Below, piece by piece: positions 8,207 to 18,407 of a stretch of DNA of 64,000 bases. Position 1 is the first letter of the stretch. Every line of letters starts with the position of its first letter. The position numbers were made by a program, and so were the translations under genes. The stretch comes from Lachnospiraceae bacterium (GTDB lineage Bacteria > Bacillota > Clostridia > Lachnospirales > Lachnospiraceae). The stretch lies in NCBI GenBank assembly GCA_051888775.1, contig JBJFCE010000050.1, forward strand, positions 24,879 to 88,878. Reading direction: 5' to 3'. Under the pieces are notes generated by a model. That model did no database searches. It was not told the DNA's origin and was given only the letters and a program-made list of their open reading frames with translations.

Positions 8207-9844
8207 TTACGGTTCCGTCTTTTCAAAATCATAATACGGCTCAGACAGGCGAAGTACAACCGTGTCCCCTACGACCGCTACAGATTCTGCGGACGGCCAG
8301 TCTTCCATTCCTGCATAGGTATCAGTCTGTAAAACAGCAGACAGCTCCTCGGTAGTCGCATCTTCCAGCGAGATCCCCTCGTACCGGTCAAGCAGAATCA
8401 CATAATCCCTCTGAATCCGCATGATATAATTCGGAACCGTTCCGTCCAGATCGGGTGGAAAATTATGGATTGTATCATTGCTCCCCGGAAGCACACCCAC
8501 GACCGCCAGCTTCGTGACCTCTCCGTTTTCATACTCGGGCAGCTGCTCGATCCGATCCGCCATCCGGCTGATCACGGCAAGTGATCGTTCGTATGAGGTC
8601 TGCATCCTTGCATACACGATATTCGCAGTCAGGATAAAATTATATACCACCAGCACCAGCGCGATAAATACTGCCCAGCGATAACCCTTTTCACATTGCT
8701 TTCTTTTGGAGTTTTCTTCTGCCGCAACATCCTTCATATCCAAAAATACGCCCCGTTCAAACAGCACGATCAGGAATACATAAAATAATGCGATGCTTTC
8801 CAGCATAACCGTATGATACAGCATCGCCTTTGAAATAAAATAATAAAAATACGTACAAAGCGGAATAAAGCCCGCAAGCACTACCGATAATACGAGCTTT
8901 CCGGGCGTTTGATATAGTTTTCTGCGAAAAACAACCGCCAGAACACCCACGATCAGCAAACAGGTCACAATCACGTTCATAACAATATATAGAGTGATAC
9001 CTCTCTCACTATAAAACAGAAAGCTGAAATAATCATGAAATGACTGATATACTCCATCTATGAACTGCTGCAGATCCGGAAGTCCCATTCCGGTAATGCC
9101 CTGATAATCGGAAAGCGCCACATTTTCCAACCGAAGCAGGACGTTGTAGGAGATCACATACAGGATCGCTCCGCATGCCCCCGCAATCAACGGTCTGATA
9201 TACTCGCGCAACAGTCCGGACACCTTACAGTCATCCAGTAACATTCTCTGAAGCCCGTACACCAGCACCAGCACCATCGCATACAGGATATATGCCTGAT
9301 ACATCCCAAAAGAGAAACAGATCATCAATGCCGCTGCCACCAGGCTTCTTTTACTTTTTCTGCATAATGCAAGATGGATCGCAAGCGTTGCCAGCATCAT
9401 TGCAAAAAAATACCCGTCTGCCGTATACATAAATGCAAATGTACAGGTGACTGCCGGGAACGTTACCATGATCGCAGACACAAGAACAAGTGACAAGGGA
9501 TTACGCAGTCTCAAAATCTTCGTAATGCCGATCACGGAAACCGAAAGATACATGAGCGACAACAGACCGATCACCCACGGTATATCATAAAAAGAGCTGA
9601 TCCCGCAGCCGAGTATCAAAAAGCATCTTCCAAGATGAATCGTATTCTCTGCGCTGTAATAGCTCGGAATCGAATCATAGTTCGGAAGATAATTCGTAAA
9701 CTTAAACATATGCGCAAGGAATCCGAATACAAACACGGAAACAACGCAGATCACATATTCTTTTTTGATTTTCTGTTTCAGCATTCCGAAAAAACGATAC
9801 GGTTCCATGATAATCTCCATTCTTCCTGTGCGCATCTCTTTCAC
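8207..9844 (-). CDS. GtrII-like polytopic membrane protein, paralog 2
   Basis: 545 aa. Carries TNYLPNYD...GRCFLILGCGISSFYDIPWVIGLLSLMYL and a C-terminal MEDWPSAESVAVVGDTVVLRLSE. Several in-frame ATGs lie near the 5' end, so the start is uncertain. Confidence 0.55.
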   Translation of the reverse strand: MKEMRTGRMEIIMEPYRFFGMLKQKIKKEYVICVVSVFVFGFLAHMFKFTNYLPNYDSIPSYYSAENTIHLGRCFLILGCGISSFYDIPWVIGLLSLMYLSVSVIGITKILRLRNPLSLVLVSAIMVTFPAVTCTFAFMYTADGYFFAMMLATLAIHLALCRKSKRSLVAAALMICFSFGMYQAYILYAMVLVLVYGLQRMLLDDCKVSGLLREYIRPLIAGACGAILYVISYNVLLRLENVALSDYQGITGMGLPDLQQFIDGVYQSFHDYFSFLFYSERGITLYIVMNVIVTCLLIVGVLAVVFRRKLYQTPGKLVLSVVLAGFIPLCTYFYYFISKAMLYHTVMLESIALFYVFLIVLFERGVFLDMKDVAAEENSKRKQCEKGYRWAVFIALVLVVYNFILTANIVYARMQTSYERSLAVISRMADRIEQLPEYENGEVTKLAVVGVLPGSNDTIHNFPPDLDGTVPNYIMRIQRDYVILLDRYEGISLEDATTEELSAVLQTDTYAGMEDWPSAESVAVVGDTVVLRLSEPYYDFEKTEP

Positions 9845-9873
9845 ACTTTTTTACTTTCAGACGCTTCCTGCCG

Positions 9874-11298
9874 CTACTTTGCGCCTTTGGAAAACAACAC
9901 TACATAAACGGTCTTGAATAAAATCTTCAGATCCAGTTTCAGGGACCAGTTATCAATATAAGCGATATCAAGCTTCACAACATCATCAAAATCATCAATA
10001 TCACTGCGCCCGCTGACCTGCCACAGTCCCGTCAGCCCCGGCGTCATGGAAAGGCGCTTGCGGTAATAGGGCGTATACTGCTCAAACTCATCCACCGTCG
10101 GTGGTCTCGTACCAACCAGACTCATATCCCCGATCAGAATATTATAAAACTGCGGCAGCTCATCAATACTGGTCTTGCGGATAAATCTTCCGACACGGGT
10201 AATACGAGGGTCATCCTCCATTTTAAACATCAGCCCCTTGACCTGATTCTGGGCCATCAGTTCCTTCTTTCGCTCCTCCGCATCCACATACATGGACCGG
10301 AACTTATACACCTTGAAACGGCGCCCGTTTTTACCGATACGGGTCTGTGCAAAGGTGACCGGTCCCGGAGAATCCAGTTTGATCGCCAGTGCCACAAACG
10401 GGAACAAAATACCGGTAAACAACAGCCCGATCAGGCTCCCTACAATATCCATCAGACGCTTTGCAAACAGATGCTTGTCGTCAATATAATTTTCCTCATA
10501 GGTGATCACGGAATATCCTGCAAAATCCGCTACGGTATGAACATACGGGCTCATACCCGGAGTGTCGATACTGTAATGACAGGCAACACCCATGATCTCA
10601 AAATATTGAATGATCTCCTGAATTTCGCTTCTGCCGACCTCGGGAAGATACAAAAAGACCTCATCCAGAGGAATCTGCTTTGCAATTTCCTGATAATTGC
10701 TTTTATTTCCTACAACTTCCACGCCCTGTACCGACTCTGCCCCATGTGTCTGTTCATCCCACAACACCAGATATGAGAGCTCGATATTCAGATCCGCTTT
10801 CTCTTTCATTCTGGATAACAGCTTTTCCGCTTCGGCTGTTTCCGAAATCACCATGACCTTTTTCCGGTTCTTATCTTTGGACATATGCGTCCTGAGATAC
10901 TTTTTGATAAGCGCATGGATCAGATACGTCAGAGCCTGATTCACAACCAGAAAATAACCGAATACAAGACGGGAATAATTCTCTGCCTCCTTTACCAGGA
11001 ACAATAGAAAAATCGTCAGTATCCCAATCATGGCATTGCGCTTTAAGATAACAAAAAACTCCTCAAGATAGCCCCTGCGCACAAAATTCCGGTTCATCTC
11101 AAACATGCTGTTGTAGATTGCACAAAACAGTAATATCCCGATACAGACAAGCTTATGAAGATTCTCATAATCCACATAGGATGCATTATGAAATTTGATC
11201 CCGATTGCAATCAGATAAGAAAGAATCACGCAGAGCAGATCTACAAATAACATCAGAAAAGATTCTACTGCATCTGATTTCTTATGCGTATTTTTCAT
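9874..11298 (-). CDS. WbaP/CpsE-type polyprenyl-phosphate hexose-1-phosphate transferase (large initiating PGT)
   Basis: 474 aa with N-terminal membrane spans. C-terminal bacterial sugar-transferase domain: KRLMDIVGSL...FKVYKFRSM...IDELPQFYNILIGDMSLVGTRPP...PGLTGLWQVSGRS. Confidence 0.85.
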   Translation of the reverse strand: MKNTHKKSDAVESFLMLFVDLLCVILSYLIAIGIKFHNASYVDYENLHKLVCIGILLFCAIYNSMFEMNRNFVRRGYLEEFFVILKRNAMIGILTIFLLFLVKEAENYSRLVFGYFLVVNQALTYLIHALIKKYLRTHMSKDKNRKKVMVISETAEAEKLLSRMKEKADLNIELSYLVLWDEQTHGAESVQGVEVVGNKSNYQEIAKQIPLDEVFLYLPEVGRSEIQEIIQYFEIMGVACHYSIDTPGMSPYVHTVADFAGYSVITYEENYIDDKHLFAKRLMDIVGSLIGLLFTGILFPFVALAIKLDSPGPVTFAQTRIGKNGRRFKVYKFRSMYVDAEERKKELMAQNQVKGLMFKMEDDPRITRVGRFIRKTSIDELPQFYNILIGDMSLVGTRPPTVDEFEQYTPYYRKRLSMTPGLTGLWQVSGRSDIDDFDDVVKLDIAYIDNWSLKLDLKILFKTVYVVLFSKGAK

Positions 11299-11350
11299 AC
11301 TACTCTTGTATGCTGTTTATAGAAGCCAAAACACATACTTTCCCTTTCTG

Positions 11351-12925
11351 TTAATTTTCCGAAGATCCAATCTTCACAACGAGTACTCCGTCAATCTCGG
11401 CAATGGATCCCTCTGCCGGATAAACCGGCATTTTAGAAAGCTCTGCACTTCCCTCTATCATCTGTATCTGCTCCTTTGTCACTTCTCCAAGCGGAAAATG
11501 CAGATATTCCTTCATGTATTTATAAACCGCCTCATAGCTGTACCAAGGTTTAATCTCCGTTCCTGATACGTTTTTCAACTCTTCAAACTCAGGTATAGAT
11601 ACCTCATAATGATCATTAAAAATCTGACTGCTTCCGGCAAAATAGACCGGCATACCCTCTTGCCATTCCTGCGTTTCTTCAATCCGCACTGCAGTCCGGT
11701 TCAGAAATGTAGCCACTTCCTGCGTTGCTGCATCCAATCTGTGATATGCCATATTGCAAACGTAAAATCCGGAAACCACTGTTACTGCACATGTGATAAC
11801 AACTGTCCATTCTGCAGTATGCATCAAACAAACCTGATCCGACCATCTTTGCGCAACCGTCTCCATCACTGCGAGTAACAGCAGATAAGTCATGATCACG
11901 GAAAACAGCATATAATTATCTACACCGCTTCCGACACGGTCTCCCATTAAAAACGGAGCTGCATTTACGCCAAGCGGAAACAGGCAAAACAGCAGAATTA
12001 TCTGTGTCTTACCGGATTTTTCCCGCTGTCGAAATGCCCTGACAAGCAAAAGCAACAGTACTACCGCTGCCACATAATTTGCCACAGTCGGTATGAGTCC
12101 GTTATTGTATTCTGTTGTAAAAAAGTACCTTAAAAAGTAGATATACGCATATACAAAGCCTTTTACAAGCCCCTTCAGTGTAAAGGATGTCATCTCGTCC
12201 ACACCATGATAACTTCCCATGGTAATACCCGTAACCTTCAGTGCAATCTGCAAAAGGACATAGTACAGAATAAAACCGACTACCATCATTCCAAGATACT
12301 TCAGGCTCTTCAGCACAAGTTCCTTCCATGCCACATCCCGCCTAAGAACATCAAGCAACAGAATGGCAAATACGACTGCTATGGCAACAGACAGAAACGG
12401 CTGGTAGCATCCAAGCGATATGCACATACAAAGTGCACCGCCGATATATCCCCGCCTATACTTCTGTGTCAACCAGACTGCTCCGACTGCCAGACACATC
12501 GAGATACAGAAAATGTCACTGTTGACCCCGTAGGAAAGATAGCTTGCAATCCCCGGAAACGTAACCACAATACCGCCCGCCAATGCTGCAAACAGCATAG
12601 AACGGAGCTTCAGACAATCCACCAGCATATATACTGCTATCGCAATAACCGTCAATGCCAGCACACCGTTTATGGCAGCTGAGCTGAAATAACCGCTGAC
12701 TGCTGTCACGATCGGCAGAAATACCCTTCCCATTGCCAAAGTATCGCTTTTTTCATACGGCATCGTGGAAAAAATATTTCCCATCTCAAAGTAATTATAA
12801 AACTTATTCGTAATTATATACAGATGTGTTATCAGCCCGCATAAAAAGGCTGTAAGCGCACCTATGCAGGGAATTCTGTTCCTGCCGATAAATGCTTTGA
12901 TACTTTCTGTCGGTGAATCTTTCAT
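11351..12925 (-). CDS. GtrII-like polytopic membrane protein, paralog 3 (most divergent)
   Basis: 524 aa, multi-span. Carries GRVFLPIVTAVSGYFSSAAINGVLAL and the C-terminal MPVYPAEGSIAEIDGVLVVKIGS block shared with the other three paralogs. Confidence 0.45.
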   Translation of the reverse strand: MKDSPTESIKAFIGRNRIPCIGALTAFLCGLITHLYIITNKFYNYFEMGNIFSTMPYEKSDTLAMGRVFLPIVTAVSGYFSSAAINGVLALTVIAIAVYMLVDCLKLRSMLFAALAGGIVVTFPGIASYLSYGVNSDIFCISMCLAVGAVWLTQKYRRGYIGGALCMCISLGCYQPFLSVAIAVVFAILLLDVLRRDVAWKELVLKSLKYLGMMVVGFILYYVLLQIALKVTGITMGSYHGVDEMTSFTLKGLVKGFVYAYIYFLRYFFTTEYNNGLIPTVANYVAAVVLLLLLVRAFRQREKSGKTQIILLFCLFPLGVNAAPFLMGDRVGSGVDNYMLFSVIMTYLLLLAVMETVAQRWSDQVCLMHTAEWTVVITCAVTVVSGFYVCNMAYHRLDAATQEVATFLNRTAVRIEETQEWQEGMPVYFAGSSQIFNDHYEVSIPEFEELKNVSGTEIKPWYSYEAVYKYMKEYLHFPLGEVTKEQIQMIEGSAELSKMPVYPAEGSIAEIDGVLVVKIGSSEN

Positions 12926-14442
12926 TGCTTCTCCTGTTCCCTTAAATATCCGGCCACCCAGTCCGCGATATTCTGCTGACTCTGTTCAAAAGTCAATGCC
13001 TGATTGCTTTGTGCTTTTTTCGGATCAATATAGGCATATACACAATGATCCGAAAATGCTTTAAAATATCTTCGTACATCTGCCTGATCGATAGAAAAAC
13101 CGGGCTTTCTGATCTCATCCAGTGCTTTCTTACAATCCTCCTGACAGCCCACCTTATAAATACCGGGACCATACTCCGTTCCGCCATTTCCAAATACCAA
13201 AGCAGGCTTTCCGTTAATAATGGACTCAATGATAATTGTTCCCGTGCAGGTAGCAGATGCCAGACAATGCCGCAACAGTTCCTTGGAGTCTACTGTACTT
13301 TGGATCAAATGGACTCCTCTGATTTGTTTCAGGTTCTCATAGAAATCTCGGGAACGGTACGGCTGTACAAAGTGCTCCTTAACATATAAATTAATGCCGC
13401 TTCCTTCCAATGTTTTGGCAAGAATCTGCACTGCCAAATATTGCTCTACGAATACCCCTGCCTGCGGAAGTGTTGTCGCTTCCGGTTGCATATGCAGCAT
13501 AAATACAACAAACGGCTTTGTATAATCCGGCTGCTCTGCTATTTTATTGTAATAATTCAGATCCCGCATAGTACGAAGCTTGCGTTTCGTCATACGTATT
13601 AACCGCTTATCTTCTTTATTTCTACGGCAATATTCCGTAAATGGCGCACGATCATGCTCCTCCAGACTCAGTTTTAAGCCATGCTTCCATCTGGACCATA
13701 GTCTGTGGCGTACATTTTTTCCGTCAATATAGGACAACATATGCTTTTTATGAAACTGGTGATGCGATTTTTTGAATTTACCGCCATGTACCAGCCCATC
13801 ATCCATACCAATGTTTTTATACTGCACAGCCTGATAATAATGCTCCACATCAGGCGGCAACACCACTTCACCCTCCGGCATGTTCCGATAGCTTTCCGTT
13901 GTTTTCTTCCATAGATCATCCAGACTCGTTCCCGTAAATAAACGGTACGGAATCGACATGGGCGTCATAATGCACATTGGAATCTTCTTTACCAGCGCCA
14001 GACAATGAATCACATAATCATGCGTATGATGCGGCACTCCGGTCAGAACAACACAATTGATCTTTCTGGTTGTCAGCATATGGTTCCAGAAACGCAGATG
14101 CTTGATATACAGCCCCTTCGCTTCCTCAAAATCGAAAATATCAAATTCCGTGATGCGCATCAGCATTTTTAATGCCATAGGCTCATAGGGTGCCATTGCT
14201 TCGATAAGCTCCCTTGATAACGGAATACAGTCATTCAAATCATATGCTTCCTCATAACGGCAATTTGTGCAAAGATCATAATCAACCAATTCCACGCGAT
14301 CGTCAAAAACATCAATATTATCATGCTGCTTATTTGTCATCAGACAGGTCGCAAAAGGAACCTGCTCGTCCAGTTTACGAAGTATCCCGGATTGATATCC
14401 CTGATAAGAATCCAGTCCTTCAAAGAAAATATGCCACTCCAT
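12922..14442 (-). CDS. soluble GT-B-like protein of uncertain family (capsule-synthesis/KpsS-like candidate)
   Basis: 506 aa with no membrane spans. Block FMLHMQPEATTLP...LYVKEHFVQP...GTIIIESIINGKPALVFG resembles capsule polysaccharide biosynthesis (KpsS/KpsC-type) transferases. The family call is tentative; the CDS itself is solid (translationally coupled on both sides). Confidence 0.4.
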   Translation of the reverse strand: MEWHIFFEGLDSYQGYQSGILRKLDEQVPFATCLMTNKQHDNIDVFDDRVELVDYDLCTNCRYEEAYDLNDCIPLSRELIEAMAPYEPMALKMLMRITEFDIFDFEEAKGLYIKHLRFWNHMLTTRKINCVVLTGVPHHTHDYVIHCLALVKKIPMCIMTPMSIPYRLFTGTSLDDLWKKTTESYRNMPEGEVVLPPDVEHYYQAVQYKNIGMDDGLVHGGKFKKSHHQFHKKHMLSYIDGKNVRHRLWSRWKHGLKLSLEEHDRAPFTEYCRRNKEDKRLIRMTKRKLRTMRDLNYYNKIAEQPDYTKPFVVFMLHMQPEATTLPQAGVFVEQYLAVQILAKTLEGSGINLYVKEHFVQPYRSRDFYENLKQIRGVHLIQSTVDSKELLRHCLASATCTGTIIIESIINGKPALVFGNGGTEYGPGIYKVGCQEDCKKALDEIRKPGFSIDQADVRRYFKAFSDHCVYAYIDPKKAQSNQALTFEQSQQNIADWVAGYLREQEKQ

Positions 14443-14443
14443 C

Positions 14444-16210
14444 TTAATCCAGTGTCGCCTCCACTAATTTGCGGTTTTCAACCTTATAGATCAGATCACA
14501 GTTCTCGATCGTCTTTAATCTGTGTGCGATAATCAGCATGGTCTTTTTCCCATGAAAACGATTTATTGCATCCATAATTGCTGCCTCAGTATCATTGTCC
14601 AGTGCAGAGGTTGCCTCGTCCAGAATCAAAAACTCCGGATTATGGTAAAGTGCTCTTGCAATACCGATACGTTGCCGCTGTCCACCGGACAGGCGCACAC
14701 CGCGCTCTCCGATTTTCGTATGCAAACCTTCCGGTAAGCCTTCGACAAATTCCTTTAATTGTGCTTCGGCAAGTACTTCCCATACTCTGTTTTCATCAAT
14801 AGTATCCTCATCATAACCAAATGCAATATTTGCCGCAATCGTATCATCCATAAGTCCGATAAACTGTGGAATGTAGCCAATATTATGAAGCCATGCACTA
14901 TAATCCTCAAAAACATTCACGCCATCACAGGTAATCCTTCCGCTTTCCATTTTTAAAAGTCCCAGCAGGATATCCACAATTGTCGATTTTCCGGCACCTG
15001 ATGACCCGATGATGCCGACAGACTTACCGACCGGAATCTCCATCTGTGCTTCTTGAAATATATAGCACTCGGAATTTGGATAATGATACGTAATATCCTT
15101 CATTATAATCCTGTCTTTTATCTCCATTTTGTGGGGCGGGGCAGATTCACAACAACTGAAGTTCTGCCTTGCATCATCTTCCTTTACCTGCATATCTTCT
15201 GACATGTCCACATTATCATAGACAAAATCCAGCGTCGGCTTGTAATAGGAAATATTTGCAAGATACGTACTCATGCGGCTGGCACTCGGCATCAAACGCA
15301 TTGCTGCTACCGCAAATGCGGAAAGCTGTGGAACCAAAGTAGATACCTTCTGCCCTGCCATAACCGCAAACAACATATAAATCAGCACTCCACAAATACA
15401 TACTGTTTCGATCAGCAATTTCGGAACCGAACCGTACAAATTATTATCTCTAACCAACCTATAATATCTTCGTCCATGCTTTTTATAAGCTTCCAGAAAA
15501 GCATCTTCCTTATCATATACCTTAACGTCTTTGATATTGTTGATTGACTGAATAATACTCTTATACATCAGGCTCTGCTTAATACGTGATTCCTGCCCAA
15601 TACTGCTAATCTTGGGCTTTAATACCTTGTTAATCAAAAGCATAGTGCCCACCAAAAAAATGCTGATCACCAGCGTCATCTTGAAATCAATGCACATAAC
15701 CGTAATACCGAGACACAGTGCCACTACCAGCTCCGTCAAAAGCTGCATACACTGCAGCAACAGACTGAAAACACCTGTCGTATCGCTGTATACGGTACGC
15801 AGCACATCACTTGTGTTCGCATTCAAAAAATATTCATACGGCTTATGCAGATAGATCTGAAGCAAATCTCTGGAAATCCGGTACTGGCAGTTGGCAATAA
15901 AAGTATGCTGTACATAATACAGCACATACATATAGATATTTTTCCCCGCAAATATCAAAATCAGCCCCACCAACATCAGTTCCAGAAACTGCGTGGTATT
16001 CGTAATATGGAACAGGTCGCAGATCATACGGATATACCAAGTACTGTTCAGGGCATCTTCCGTCATGATGACCTCCACTACCGGCAGGATCAGGGATACA
16101 CTGGCGGTTTCCAGAATCGCACCGATAAAGATCATAACAACTAACAGTGCCACACGGCCCTTTTGCTTTTTATTTAAAACCTTTTGAAATTTCCTGATGA
16201 TTTCCTTCAT
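14444..16210 (-). CDS. fused TMD-NBD ABC exporter (MsbA/PglK-like), copy 1
   Basis: 588 aa. N-terminal membrane domain. Walker A GSSGAGKST, signature LSGGQRQRIGIARA, Walker B FLILDEATSALD. Paralogous to ORF 55653-57404. Confidence 0.85.
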   Translation of the reverse strand: MKEIIRKFQKVLNKKQKGRVALLVVMIFIGAILETASVSLILPVVEVIMTEDALNSTWYIRMICDLFHITNTTQFLELMLVGLILIFAGKNIYMYVLYYVQHTFIANCQYRISRDLLQIYLHKPYEYFLNANTSDVLRTVYSDTTGVFSLLLQCMQLLTELVVALCLGITVMCIDFKMTLVISIFLVGTMLLINKVLKPKISSIGQESRIKQSLMYKSIIQSINNIKDVKVYDKEDAFLEAYKKHGRRYYRLVRDNNLYGSVPKLLIETVCICGVLIYMLFAVMAGQKVSTLVPQLSAFAVAAMRLMPSASRMSTYLANISYYKPTLDFVYDNVDMSEDMQVKEDDARQNFSCCESAPPHKMEIKDRIIMKDITYHYPNSECYIFQEAQMEIPVGKSVGIIGSSGAGKSTIVDILLGLLKMESGRITCDGVNVFEDYSAWLHNIGYIPQFIGLMDDTIAANIAFGYDEDTIDENRVWEVLAEAQLKEFVEGLPEGLHTKIGERGVRLSGGQRQRIGIARALYHNPEFLILDEATSALDNDTEAAIMDAINRFHGKKTMLIIAHRLKTIENCDLIYKVENRKLVEATLD

Positions 16211-16226
16211 AAATCTCCTTCAGCAT

Positions 16227-17078
16227 TTACCGATACTTTCTGTGAAACAGCAGATGAATCAAAAGTCCCGGCAAACCCAGTATACGCTTTCTTCTTTTTA
16301 CAGACGTATTCTGATCGTCTGTACGTGCAAAATACTGCTGTATGATTTCATTATCTGCCAAAAAGCCCTTCGTTTTCCGCATCAGCAGATTTTTACGTTC
16401 TTCCAGCCATATGGCAGCATTTTTATTCTTTATATGATAATCAGACGCTTTGACATCGCATAATAGTTCAGGACACTTTGATAAAAAGTGATCCAATTCT
16501 TCAAATTCCCGCTTTTTCATTGCGTTGATATGCAGACAAAGCGTGTCCACCCGCTTTGGCATTTTAGGCTTTGACAAAGTACACGGTATGAATACCAGCC
16601 CATTTGACCGATACGGACAGCTGCCGTAACCATCGGTAATTGCCGTAAATCCAAGTTCCCGCAGTGCTTTTAATGTTTTCCGGTCATATGTATGACCGGG
16701 CGCCATAAACATTTTAACACAAATACCCTGTTTATGCAAAATTTCCTGCCCTTTTGCAAGCTTCTCATACTGTACCTCATAAGGTAGTCCCGCAAACTCA
16801 CTGAACGGGTTGATGCCGAGCATTCCGGACTTCTTTGTCTCATAGACATGGCGGTATCCGTGCTGTGCGATGATCCAGCCCTGTTCCTGCAATTGCCTGA
16901 TACAATCCCAAAAGTCTGCCCGGACCGGATTTACCGATAATTTCTCATCCCGGTTTTCAGGTACAACACCGATGATCGGCTTGATATGATATTTTTCAAA
17001 AATAGTCCGGATCAGTTCAAAGTTCTCCCAGTTCATATCCGGGGTGATATCATCCAGACGGATCAGTAATTGTTTCAA
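16227..17078 (-). CDS. DUF2334 / polysaccharide-deacetylase-like protein
   Basis: N-terminus LLIRLDDITPDMNWENFELIRTIFEKYHIKPIIGVVPEN and HGYRH are typical of the DUF2334 predicted deacetylase family. Confidence 0.55.
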   Translation of the reverse strand: MKQLLIRLDDITPDMNWENFELIRTIFEKYHIKPIIGVVPENRDEKLSVNPVRADFWDCIRQLQEQGWIIAQHGYRHVYETKKSGMLGINPFSEFAGLPYEVQYEKLAKGQEILHKQGICVKMFMAPGHTYDRKTLKALRELGFTAITDGYGSCPYRSNGLVFIPCTLSKPKMPKRVDTLCLHINAMKKREFEELDHFLSKCPELLCDVKASDYHIKNKNAAIWLEERKNLLMRKTKGFLADNEIIQQYFARTDDQNTSVKRRKRILGLPGLLIHLLFHRKYR

Positions 17079-18256
17079 TGTTCTCTCTCCAAAACTGTAG
17101 TATAGATTTCCATTAATCGCTGATAGCTTTGTCCCTGCGAATATAATCTTTGATATTGTTCCGTGACACAGGAAACCCTGTCTGAAACCTTTCCGATGGC
17201 TGTTATCAGGCTTTCCGCAGAGTCATGCTGAAATTTCCACCCGGTTCTGTCTTCTTCAATAATGCTCCCGGTATTTCCGAGATTCGAACCGATCACGGGA
17301 GTCCCGACCGAATAGGCTTCCAACACACTCATCGGAAATCCTTCATATAACTGCGTTGGTAAAATCAAAGCCAGAGAATCTGCCAAAATTTCCTTTACTT
17401 CCCGATTGGTAATCTTCCCAACCATTTCTATCGTATGCAGATGATTTTCATGTATATATATTTTGCACCATTCTTCCAGCGGTCCTGTACCACATAAAAT
17501 CAACTGTGGTGCTTTATCTTCCATCCGCTTCCATGCTTCTAACAGTAGCGGAATTCCTTTCAATTCATCCAAGCGTCCAGCATACACAAAACGTTTTCTA
17601 CGCTTTTCATATGGAATAATACTCTCAGAACCTGTCGTAAAATTAGGACGTACAAATACATGCTCAGGCTTAATTTGTTGTAAACTTAATAACTTTTCTT
17701 TATTAAACTCAGTCAGGCATATATAATTTAATTTTCCATATGTTCTAAGAAGTCTATGAATGTTTGTCATAATGACGCATGCCAGAGTCTGTATCCGGCT
17801 GTTTCTGTAACACCTATGTTTTACTGCACATTTCAGTCCGCGTGTTACACAATCCTCACAAACATGCCCATCACGATAAAACATAGCACCCGGGCACAAA
17901 AAGCGGTAATTATGAACAGTCTGCACCACAGGTACATCACAATGAAATGCCGCATAATATACCGACGGGCTGACCAAATTCAAAGTGTTATGAACATGTA
18001 CCAGATCTATTTTTTGTTCCAAAAGAATCTTTTTTATTTCTTTGTAAGTTCTGAAATTAAAGATAGTAGTAATTGGCAACCACAATTTCTGCCATTTTGA
18101 AAATTGTGGCAGTTCTGCATTACTCCTTGTATACAAGGTGACCTCATGCCCATGCTCTTCCAGCATATCCTTTTCATTAACTACTACCGTATCTTCGCCG
18201 CCTGCTATTTGATAATAATTATGCACAATCAGAATTTTCAATTTTCTTTCTGTCAT
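17075..18256 (-). CDS. glycosyltransferase family 4
   Basis: LKILIVHNYYQIAGGED...EGFPMSVLEAYSVGTPVIGSNLGNTGSII. I prefer ATG 18256 (MTERKLK, GGGAGAAG 8 nt upstream) over the ORF-track start 18274. Confidence 0.8.
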   Translation of the reverse strand: MTERKLKILIVHNYYQIAGGEDTVVVNEKDMLEEHGHEVTLYTRSNAELPQFSKWQKLWLPITTIFNFRTYKEIKKILLEQKIDLVHVHNTLNLVSPSVYYAAFHCDVPVVQTVHNYRFLCPGAMFYRDGHVCEDCVTRGLKCAVKHRCYRNSRIQTLACVIMTNIHRLLRTYGKLNYICLTEFNKEKLLSLQQIKPEHVFVRPNFTTGSESIIPYEKRRKRFVYAGRLDELKGIPLLLEAWKRMEDKAPQLILCGTGPLEEWCKIYIHENHLHTIEMVGKITNREVKEILADSLALILPTQLYEGFPMSVLEAYSVGTPVIGSNLGNTGSIIEEDRTGWKFQHDSAESLITAIGKVSDRVSCVTEQYQRLYSQGQSYQRLMEIYTTVLEREH

Positions 18257-18339
18257 AACTGTTTCTTCTCCCATATTTGATACTTAAACAGTGCAAGGAA
18301 TCTATCATTCAGAGTATCTGAAATTACAGAAAACCGATA

Positions 18340-18368
18340 TTTACAAACTTTTTCTTTTCATGTAACAT
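18340..18368 (+). promoter_or_regulatory. candidate sigma-70-type promoter for the only plus-strand gene
   Basis: TTTACA (18340-18345), 17-nt spacer, TAACAT (18363-18368). GGAGG at 18392-18396 lies upstream of ATG 18408. Located in the divergent gap between ORFs 17075-18256 and 18408-19532. Confidence 0.3.
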
Positions 18369-18407
18369 AATATTAATGCAACAATATTCACGGAGGCACC
18401 TTCAATC

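Noticed and set aside
7835-8355. ORFs 7835-8092(+), 7921-8259(-), 8107-8355(+) and 8132-8332(+), which encode near-identical peptides (LQNSAR.PEPVLTSLSVAGT...) on both strands
   Set aside because: They lie on the E2 palindrome. The mirrored peptides are a trivial consequence of the inverted arms. There is no SD or start context, and they overlap real gene ends.
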